A DNA stretch of 64,000 bases from Sedimentisphaerales bacterium (GTDB lineage Bacteria > Planctomycetota > Phycisphaerae > Sedimentisphaerales > SM23-30). The position numbers were made by a program, and so were the translations under genes. The stretch lies in contig CAXXFK010000031.1 of the NCBI GenBank assembly GCA_963663965.2, positions 32,001-96,000 of the forward strand. The letters run 5' to 3'. This document shows, one piece after another, positions 1 through 7,905 of this stretch (its first letter is position 1; each line of letters begins with the position of its first letter). The notes under the pieces are model-generated. The model saw only the letters and a list, made by a program, of their open reading frames with translations, was not told the origin of the DNA and ran no database searches.

Positions 1-892
1 CAGGGGCTATCACTGTCACGCTGGGCAACAGGGTGGCCGGATATCCTGTTCTCGGATCGATAATATGACTATAATGTTTGTCTTGAATCGTGAAATAATG
101 GCGATAATTACCACTGGTTGCGACGGAGCAGTTATTGACCCGAATTATCCAGCCTGCAGTTTCGCTCACGTCGTTTTCGCCGCTTACAGCAAAAGGATCT
201 TGAATGCCTAATGTCCAGTAAAAATCATTTCGTCGGGGGCCATAACAGGCAATTTCGCCTCCGATATTGACAAGGGCGCCTTCAATCCCAGTCGTTTTAA
301 TGGCTTGAATGGCTTTATCGACGGCATAGCCCTTGACATAAGCATCCAGATTAAGCTGAATACCGGGTTTTCTGAATGAAACGTGATTCCTCTTCGACAA
401 ATCGATCCATTCCCAGCCAATCGGTAACGCTTCGATTTCTTCTTTTATGGGGAGTTGATTGTTTTTCGCAGATTCTTTCCATAATGAAATTAAAGGTGTG
501 ATCGTAATGTCAAAGGCCCCATTGGTTATTTTGCTGTATTCGATACCCTGATTAAGGATTGTCCAGGTTTCTGGACTTACAGGCATTGATTCGTGGGCGG
601 CCCTCAGGTTAACCTGTCCCATTTCAGTATCATTTCGCCAGGTACTCAACTTTTTGTCCACCTGATCAATTGCGGACAAAGCCAAACTTTCTGCCTGGTG
701 AAGTAATTCCCGGTTGTCCCCATAGATTTTTACTGAAACAAAGGTTCCAAGTTTCTCCCAGCTCTGGCCACCGATGCGGCCGGTGTATGGCCTGGATAGC
801 CTGATAGAGTATAAACTGATGCCAGAGATGGCCGCAACCACGATAAAAACCATAATTCGTTTATAGATAAGAAGTTTTGTCAATGATTTCAT
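1..892 (-). CDS. apbE: FAD:protein FMN transferase (ApbE family), 3' end runs off the window
   Basis: Not in the ORF track; translated by hand from ATG at 892. N-terminal hydrophobic anchor, then GAFDITITPL, LNLDAYVKGYAVD, ALVNIGGEI, VATSGNYRHYF, YSHIIDPRTGYP and SVTVIAP, which are ApbE hallmark motifs. Confidence 0.9.
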   Translation of the reverse strand, partial: MKSLTKLLIYKRIMVFIVVAAISGISLYSIRLSRPYTGRIGGQSWEKLGTFVSVKIYGDNRELLHQAESLALSAIDQVDKKLSTWRNDTEMGQVNLRAAHESMPVSPETWTILNQGIEYSKITNGAFDITITPLISLWKESAKNNQLPIKEEIEALPIGWEWIDLSKRNHVSFRKPGIQLNLDAYVKGYAVDKAIQAIKTTGIEGALVNIGGEIACYGPRRNDFYWTLGIQDPFAVSGENDVSETAGWIIRVNNCSVATSGNYRHYFTIQDKHYSHIIDPRTGYPATLLPSVTVIAP

Positions 893-1069
893 CCGGAAAT
901 ATGAAACTGCTCTAAGTATTTATTCATTTGAATCGGTATATGTTTATATTTCACAAGTACTTATATACCAAATCCTGATTTAAAGTCAATTAACTAATCA
1001 GGAAATTCGCCATGTTTAAATGATACAGGAGATCAGGATAGAGTGAAATCCCGACAGGCGAAAAATAGC

Positions 1070-1098
1070 TTGCCGGGTGAAAATGCTTACGCTATACT
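1070..1098 (+). promoter_or_regulatory. Putative sigma70 promoter for the EF-G paralog
   Basis: TTGCCG-17 nt-TATACT, about 80 nt upstream of ATG 1177. Confidence 0.5.
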
Positions 1099-1176
1099 TA
1101 TTATTTTCTTGTTTTAAACAGGTTACAAAAGTGTTTTGTGTTAAGTATTAAACCTTGGTTCTGTATGGAGGCCCAA

Positions 1177-3219
1177 ATGGGATATACCTCAAATGACATC
1201 CGTAATATTGTGTTGATCGGTCACGCTCATGCCGGGAAGACAACATTGGCAGAAGCGATTCTTTATAAAATGGGTAAAACCACTCGATTGGGAAGTGTTA
1301 CAGATAAAACCAGTATTCTCGATTGTGATGACGAAGAACGCCAACGCGGTCATTCTGTCGATTCGGGTCTGGCTCATGTCAGTTATAAAAACAAGGAAAT
1401 TAATATTATAGATACTCCCGGTTATCCGGATTTCATAGGCGCGGCCCTGCCGGCGTTAACCGCGGCCGAAACTGCCATCCTGGTCATCAGCGCGGCTGAA
1501 GGCATTCAGATGAATACCCGTAAAATGATGCAATCGGCGCGTGAGCGTGGGATGGCTTGTATGATCGTAATTAACAAAATCGATAGCGGCACCGAGAATG
1601 TCGAGTCGTTAATCAGCGCCATTCAAGAATCTTTCGGTATGGAGTGTCGATGCGCCAATATGGTGAACGCCGATGGGAGCGCAGTCATAGACTGCGTGGA
1701 AAACGAGGCCGGTGAAGGTTTGATGGATATTGGCGAAATCCATATGAATCTGGTGGAAACGATTGTTGAAGCGGATGAAGAACTGATGGAAGCCTATCTG
1801 GGTGGTGAAGAAATATCAAAAGACAAGCTGAATGAGACATTCAAGAAGGCCGTTGTTCAAGGCTCATTGATTCCAATTGTGTTCACCAGCGCCCGGGATG
1901 GCATCGGTGTCACCGAAATGCTCGATATCATTGTGAAGGATTGCCCAAGTCCGAATGAAGGCGTTCCGCAGAAAATTGTACTTGGCGAAGGCGAAGACAA
2001 AGCCGTAAACGATCTGGTCTGCAATGAAAGCGGCCAGATTTTGGGGTTGGTATTCCGGATCAGTTCCGACCCAAAGACCAATATTAAAAATGTCGGCATA
2101 CGTCTGCAATCGGGCAAGATTGGCAGTGATTCGACTATTCAGGTTGTGGGCGGGAAGAAAGGCATGCGTTGCGGTCATATTAACAAGCTGCAAGGCGACA
2201 AGATGGAGCCGATTGACCAGGGAATTGCCGGCGATATTGTGGTACTGGCCAAACTGGACGATGTGGCAGTGCTGGATACCATTTACGCGGGCAATGAACC
2301 CGGCCGCATCGAAACGCCCAAATTACCGACCCCCATGTATTCACTGGCATTGGAACCGAAGAGCCGTGGAGACGAGACCAAGATCTCGGGCGTGTTGAGT
2401 GAAATTGCTGACGCCGATCCAACATTCCGGATTGACCGTGACCGGCAGACCAATGAACTGATCGTATCCGGAGTGGGCGAGTTGCATACCCGGGTAATTC
2501 TCAGCCGCATGCAGCATCGTCGCGGGCTGGAAGTGAATACCCAGCCACCTCGTATCCCTTATCGTGAAACCATCACGGGATCTATCAAATCCGTTGAATA
2601 TACCCATAAGAAACAATCCGGCGGCGCGGGCCAGTTTGCCCGTGTTGTTATCGACGTTGAGCCGAACGAATCCGGGGCCGGTTATGAGTTTCTGGATAAA
2701 ATTTTCGGTGGCGCGATCGATCAGCCTTTCCGTCCCAGTGTGGATAAAGGCGTGCAGGCGGCCATGGCACATGGCGTGTTGGCAGGTTTTCCGGTTGTTG
2801 ATGTGAAAGTTTCTCTGGTGGATGGCAAAACCCACCCGGTAGACAGTAAGGATATTGCTTTCCAGACCGCCGGACGTGAAGCGTTCCGCGAAGCTTTTAT
2901 GAAGTGTAAACCCACCTTGCTGGAACCGATTGTCAACCTAGAAGTGACTGTGCCGGTTGAGAAAGTTGGCGATATTACGGGTGACCTGTCCGGTCGCCGT
3001 GGCAGGGTACAGGGGCAGGACATCATTCCCGGCGGGATGATTACGATCAAAGCCCAGGTGCCGCTGGCTGAGATTCAGCAATACAGTTCACAGCTGAAAT
3101 CGGTAACCGGGGGACAGGGAAGCTTTACGATGGAATTGAGCCATTATGAAGCTGCGCCGCCAAATGTGGTTCAGCAAGTAGTGGAAAAGATGAAAGCCCT
3201 GAAGGCGGAAGAACATTAA
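1177..3219 (+). CDS. fusA2: Elongation factor G paralog (EF-G2/EFG II type)
   Basis: GHAHAGKTT, DTPGYPDF, INKID, HKKQSGGAGQFA, DSKDIAF, LLEPI, full five-domain length. Not in an rpsL-rpsG-tuf context. Start moved to ATG 1177, which follows GGAGG. Confidence 0.9.
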   Translation: MGYTSNDIRNIVLIGHAHAGKTTLAEAILYKMGKTTRLGSVTDKTSILDCDDEERQRGHSVDSGLAHVSYKNKEINIIDTPGYPDFIGAALPALTAAETAILVISAAEGIQMNTRKMMQSARERGMACMIVINKIDSGTENVESLISAIQESFGMECRCANMVNADGSAVIDCVENEAGEGLMDIGEIHMNLVETIVEADEELMEAYLGGEEISKDKLNETFKKAVVQGSLIPIVFTSARDGIGVTEMLDIIVKDCPSPNEGVPQKIVLGEGEDKAVNDLVCNESGQILGLVFRISSDPKTNIKNVGIRLQSGKIGSDSTIQVVGGKKGMRCGHINKLQGDKMEPIDQGIAGDIVVLAKLDDVAVLDTIYAGNEPGRIETPKLPTPMYSLALEPKSRGDETKISGVLSEIADADPTFRIDRDRQTNELIVSGVGELHTRVILSRMQHRRGLEVNTQPPRIPYRETITGSIKSVEYTHKKQSGGAGQFARVVIDVEPNESGAGYEFLDKIFGGAIDQPFRPSVDKGVQAAMAHGVLAGFPVVDVKVSLVDGKTHPVDSKDIAFQTAGREAFREAFMKCKPTLLEPIVNLEVTVPVEKVGDITGDLSGRRGRVQGQDIIPGGMITIKAQVPLAEIQQYSSQLKSVTGGQGSFTMELSHYEAAPPNVVQQVVEKMKALKAEEH

Positions 3220-3241
3220 TGTTGATTATGAGTTAGTAATT

Positions 3242-3274
3242 AAAAAGCCGATCCCATTATGGTCGGCTTTTTTT
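3242..3274 (+). terminator. Intrinsic terminator after fusA2
   Basis: AAAAAGCCGAT...GTCGGCTTTTTTT hairpin with a U-tail. Confidence 0.75.
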
Positions 3275-3313
3275 GTGTCAATATCCAATTGCAAGCTATA
3301 GGAAATCATCAAA

Positions 3314-4792
3314 ATGAAACATGCGTTAACTGCTGTCAATCTGCTGGTCATGTCCATGTTGAGTGTTTGTTTGGGCGCTGGTCCGAGTCGCATTTTGTCA
3401 GTTGAGGATAGGGCGGCTGAGAGTCAGTATGCAAATTGGATTTCTCTTTTTGATGGAAAGACACTGGCCGGCTGGAAAGCCAGTGAAAGTCTGAATACCT
3501 TCACCGTGGTGAAAGGGAGTATTGTCGCGAAGGGGGCGCGGTCGCATTTATTCTACGTGGGTGATGGCATCAGTGAAGTGGATTATAAAAATTTTGAGTT
3601 GGAAATTGAGGTGATGACGAAACCGGGTGCGAATTCGGGCGTTTATTTTCATACCGCCTTTCAACCAGAGGGCTGGCCCGGCCAGGGGTTTGAAGTGCAA
3701 GTCAATAATTCGCAAAAGGAACATGATGGCTATCTGGAGATGAAGAAAACCGGCAGTCTATACGGAATTCGCAATGTTTATAAGGCCATGGCGCGGGATA
3801 ATCAATGGTTTCAAATGCGGATCAGGGTGGATGGCCGGCGGGTTCAGATCTGGCTGGATCGAACTTTGCTGGTGGATTATATCGAGCCGGATTACCCGGC
3901 GAACAGCCGGTATCGGCGGTTGGGCCATGGGACTTTTGCCCTGCAGGGGCATGATCCGGGCAGTGAAGTCCATTTTCGCAATATTCGGGTAAGGAGATTG
4001 CCGGATAAAGCGCCCAAACCCGTTATCGAGCCTGAGCCTTTTGATGAGGTGGCCAGGCAGTTGCTGGAATTATCGGGAAACAATTTTCCTCTGGTCGACT
4101 TACACTGTCATCTGAAGGGGGGGCTGACCCTGGATGAGGTCCTGGCACATATGCGCCGTACGGGGATCAATTATGGGATTGCGATCAATGGCGGGATTGG
4201 ATTTCCCATTACGGACGATGAAGGGATTGAACAATTTCGCAAGTCGATGGAAGGAAAGCCCTGTTTCATCGCTTTACAGGCGGAAGGGCGTGAGTGGCCG
4301 ACGTTGTTTTCTAAAGAGGCCATTGCCAAATTCGATTATGTATTTACCGATGGAATGACCATTCCATGGAAAGGCAAGCGGACCCGGTTGTGGATTAAAG
4401 AAGAAGTTGAAATTGACGATCCACAGGCATTCATGGAACATCTGGTCGATACTATTGTGAAAATTCTGGATAATGAGCCCATCGATATTTATGTCAATCC
4501 CACGTTTATACCGAGTGTAATCGCCGCTGATTATGACAAACTCTGGACGCCGGAACGGATGGACCGGGTGATAGCGGCGGCAGCGAAACGAAAGATCGCG
4601 ATCGAGATTAACAACCGCTATGAGATTCCCAGTATTGAATTTATAAAACGGGCGAAGGCGGCCGGGATTAAATTTACGTTGGGTACGAATAATGTTGATC
4701 CGAATCTTGGTCGCATGGAATACGGATTGCGAGTGATTAAGGAATGCGGATTGAGTTGGAAGGATATGTGGATGCCTGAGCAGAAACACTGA
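3314..4792 (+). CDS. Secreted DUF1080 (3-keto-disaccharide hydrolase-like) domain fused to a C-terminal PHP-like domain
   Basis: Signal peptide; WISLFDGKTLAGW, NSGVYF, GFEVQV, TGSLY and ALQGHDPGSEVHFRNIRV (DUF1080); then DLHCHLKGG, AIEINNRY and FTLGTN (PHP-like barrel). Confidence 0.75.
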   Translation: MKHALTAVNLLVMSMLSVCLGAGPSRILSVEDRAAESQYANWISLFDGKTLAGWKASESLNTFTVVKGSIVAKGARSHLFYVGDGISEVDYKNFELEIEVMTKPGANSGVYFHTAFQPEGWPGQGFEVQVNNSQKEHDGYLEMKKTGSLYGIRNVYKAMARDNQWFQMRIRVDGRRVQIWLDRTLLVDYIEPDYPANSRYRRLGHGTFALQGHDPGSEVHFRNIRVRRLPDKAPKPVIEPEPFDEVARQLLELSGNNFPLVDLHCHLKGGLTLDEVLAHMRRTGINYGIAINGGIGFPITDDEGIEQFRKSMEGKPCFIALQAEGREWPTLFSKEAIAKFDYVFTDGMTIPWKGKRTRLWIKEEVEIDDPQAFMEHLVDTIVKILDNEPIDIYVNPTFIPSVIAADYDKLWTPERMDRVIAAAAKRKIAIEINNRYEIPSIEFIKRAKAAGIKFTLGTNNVDPNLGRMEYGLRVIKECGLSWKDMWMPEQKH

Positions 4793-5019
4793 ATGGTGAA
4801 AAGACGATAACTCAATAAAATAAAGTGTGTTAGATTGAATACGGTTCTATTTATTGGCTGGGCGATTCAACAGGACAGAAATGTCTGAAAACACTGGAAA
4901 AGGGGATAATATGAGGAATTTGACAGTAAGAGTGAGAAAATGAATCTGGTAAATGAAAGAATCTCGTACATTGTATGGTTTGATATGAAAGTTTTGTAAC
5001 TATTAAGGAGTGAAACGTT

Positions 5020-5805
5020 ATGGGCACATGGGGTACGAATCCGTTATCGAACGATATGACGCAGGATGTGATCGATGGTTTTGATGATTATCTGAAGAAG
5101 GAGCCGGATATTGATAAGGCGTTGGAGACGATGAGGGCGGAGTTTGAAGAGGAGTTGGAGGATGAGGATACGCGCGGGGATGCGTTGATCGGGTTGGCGG
5201 AGCGGTTGTGGCAGTATGGGAAACATGATGAGGCGATTTTTGCTGAGGTGCGGGAGATCTGCCTCGAGATGAAAGGGCAGGAACTGTGGCAGGAGGAGGG
5301 CGCGGCGATGTATCGGAAACGGAAAGCGGCATTGGAGAAATTCTGGGAGAAGATTTCAAAACCCAAGGCCAAGCCCAAGAAGTTGCCGAAGATTGTGGTG
5401 CGAAAGCCGGTGTATGAGCCGGGGGATTGCCTGGCGGAGGATCTACAGAATGGGTATTATGCGGCATTGCTGGTACTGGATGCGAATGATTCGGATGAGG
5501 AATATGGCAGTAATCTGATTGTCACACTGGCGTATTACGATAAGAAAATGCCGACACTGGAGGATTTCAAGACGCGTGATTATCTGCGATTGACCCATCA
5601 TAACTGGAAGGGAAAAATCGATATGAGGCATGTGGTTAATTATAACAGCCGAAATGCTACGGCGAATCTGACTCTGATCGGTAATGTTGATATTTCCGGC
5701 CGGGAGATCCCTGAATGCAATACTTATGGTGGATTTATGGGGCCCAAGCACTTGATAGGAAGTCAGGCGAAATATCAGATTGGTGGTGAGCCGCTAGAAG
5801 AATAG
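5020..5805 (+). CDS. Hypothetical protein, DUF4259-like N-terminus (possible orphan immunity protein)
   Basis: AAGGAG RBS; MGTWGxxxxxND start, acidic helical domain, then PGDCLAEDLQNGYYAALLV resembling Imm26-type beta domains. Confidence 0.55.
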   Translation: MGTWGTNPLSNDMTQDVIDGFDDYLKKEPDIDKALETMRAEFEEELEDEDTRGDALIGLAERLWQYGKHDEAIFAEVREICLEMKGQELWQEEGAAMYRKRKAALEKFWEKISKPKAKPKKLPKIVVRKPVYEPGDCLAEDLQNGYYAALLVLDANDSDEEYGSNLIVTLAYYDKKMPTLEDFKTRDYLRLTHHNWKGKIDMRHVVNYNSRNATANLTLIGNVDISGREIPECNTYGGFMGPKHLIGSQAKYQIGGEPLEE

Positions 5806-5810
5806 CGGGG

Positions 5811-7742
5811 TCAGGTTTCTACGGAGATGGTAATTTTGAGAGATTGGCTGGGATTATCGGGTAGGGCGCAGGACAGGGGGATGGTCTGGAATCCGGGGAT
5901 GAGGTTGAAACGGCGTGAGGTGAGAGGGGAATCGATCTGGATGGGCGCGCTGGATTGGATTTTCAGGGTGGCACTGGGTTTACGGATGGATATGATGTTT
6001 GATGAGAGGCGCTGAATGGGTTCGGAAATGGCGCTGATAACAGGGAGGATGAGACGGATTTCTGCTAGTGAAGTTGGAAGACTTATAGCGGTCGCTTCGA
6101 ATTTTACAGAATCTATGTTTATACTATAGCGTAAGTTGCAGCGGGCGTTGTCAGCGTTGGCTTTGGCATCCTTAAGTTGGGTCTGGATGTTAAATTGTAT
6201 CTGGCCGGACTGATCGGTGGAGGTAATCTGGGCGTTAAGGTCGTATATGTTACTGAAACGGTTATTATCGATTGTGGCTTCGAGGCGTGGAGTCAGGGTG
6301 AAGTTGCCTGCTTCTGGCGGGGGTTGCATGTTGTGAGCTTCGACGGGGATATAATCGGCAAGACTGGCGGTAAAGATAGGACCGGTGAGAGGGTGCCACA
6401 GGAGCGAGAGCGCTCCTCCGGTGGCATGGAAGACGTTGGATTTATAGAGCCAGTCATAGGAGGTAATGGTGGCACGCCAAGGGCCGCGAGCGGCCAGCCA
6501 GGTAGCGTTTTCGGGGAAATGGATAATACCATCGGCCTGTTCGCGCGGGAGTGGCGGCAGGGTCGCGGGAGGTTGGGGGATGCCGGAATCGAGAATTTCG
6601 GCGAGGACTTTAGCATGGCAAAAGGTGTGATGGGCGCAGGCAGGCAGGTTGTGCAGGGCGAGATGGGGACCACCCATGAGGAGTCCTTTGTGAGTGCACT
6701 GTCGTAGAAGGGACAGATGGCGCTGGGCGGCGGTATAGAATGCTGGATTATCGGTGGATTCGGACAATAGAGCGGCCAGACAGCCATCTGAGGTGCGGCT
6801 GCCCCACCAGGTCCATTTAAAATTACGCGTGCCCCAGCTATTGTCCCAGGCACCGTCGGGTAGCATGAACTGGAGATGGGAGGCGATGGATTGGATGACG
6901 GTATGGCGTACGGTATCATCGTTTTCGAGATGGGCATAATGAAGAAGAGTGGGCAGGGATTCTTCGATATTGTAGCCGAGATCGATGGGCAGGCATTGCT
7001 GGGGGGAACGTTTGTTGGCGGGACGTCCTTCGCCAAAGATCAGATGGCTGGGTTGAGAAAAGTAATCCAGGGCTTGATGGGCCAGTTCGCGGGCACGGGC
7101 TTGCCATTGGGGACGGTTGAGCATGCGGCCGAGCAGGGCCAGGCAGTAGGGGGCGGTCATGCCGTAATTAATATTGGCGTAATCAACGGTAAAGTTGTCG
7201 AAAACGAACTGGCCGGATCGAGAGAGCCGGTCGAGCCATTTCTGTTGGAGATCGTTTGGGATGATTGAGCGATTGTATTTGAGGGCGTGAGCCAGGGCGA
7301 TCGAACCAAAGACCGTAATGCCTTTCCAGGATTTGGGATCGAGTTCGTTGGTCCAGCTACCGTCGGGCTGGTCGATGTTCTTCATCCAGTCGATAAGTCG
7401 AAATGCGGCCTGACGATAAGACTCGCGGCCAGTCAGGCGGGCCAGGGTGAGCAGCGGATAGGCGGCGTCGGCACAGCGACCGTGAGCTGTTTCGCCACAG
7501 GCTGGACAACGTAGCATGCCATGGTGGACAGGATCGTCAGGCGCATCGATCTGCAAGGGGAGTAGTGCGTCACACCATTGCAGGAGTAGTGCGAAGATAT
7601 CATCCTGTAACTGGGAGTCCTGAATCGTGGCCAGGGAGGGAAATTGCATCAGGAATGGAATGGAGCCTGCGGTGGCCATCTTGAGGAAATGGCGGCGATT
7701 CAGATCCATACGATTGTGATTAAAATTACGGGTCATCGGCAT
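5811..7742 (-). CDS. Tat-exported hypothetical protein (helical barrel followed by a beta-rich C-terminus; possibly carbohydrate-active)
   Basis: 643-aa ORF with NRRHFLK twin-arginine signal and Trp-rich QPDGSW and DGAWDNSWG motifs. Confidence 0.6.
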   Translation of the reverse strand: MPMTRNFNHNRMDLNRRHFLKMATAGSIPFLMQFPSLATIQDSQLQDDIFALLLQWCDALLPLQIDAPDDPVHHGMLRCPACGETAHGRCADAAYPLLTLARLTGRESYRQAAFRLIDWMKNIDQPDGSWTNELDPKSWKGITVFGSIALAHALKYNRSIIPNDLQQKWLDRLSRSGQFVFDNFTVDYANINYGMTAPYCLALLGRMLNRPQWQARARELAHQALDYFSQPSHLIFGEGRPANKRSPQQCLPIDLGYNIEESLPTLLHYAHLENDDTVRHTVIQSIASHLQFMLPDGAWDNSWGTRNFKWTWWGSRTSDGCLAALLSESTDNPAFYTAAQRHLSLLRQCTHKGLLMGGPHLALHNLPACAHHTFCHAKVLAEILDSGIPQPPATLPPLPREQADGIIHFPENATWLAARGPWRATITSYDWLYKSNVFHATGGALSLLWHPLTGPIFTASLADYIPVEAHNMQPPPEAGNFTLTPRLEATIDNNRFSNIYDLNAQITSTDQSGQIQFNIQTQLKDAKANADNARCNLRYSINIDSVKFEATAISLPTSLAEIRLILPVISAISEPIQRLSSNIISIRKPSATLKIQSSAPIQIDSPLTSRRFNLIPGFQTIPLSCALPDNPSQSLKITISVET

Positions 7743-7905
7743 ATTTGAAATAAAAAGGATTGTAATGAGTAATTGTCAGATTAACGTGGAAAGCGGAGAT
7801 GTATTGGCAGAAAACAATAAAATATATTGGTGAGACCGGCGTGATACCGGTAGAATTGCGGGAAGTTTGAAAAGAATGTGTTTAGATGCCCCATAAGGAA
7901 ACTCT

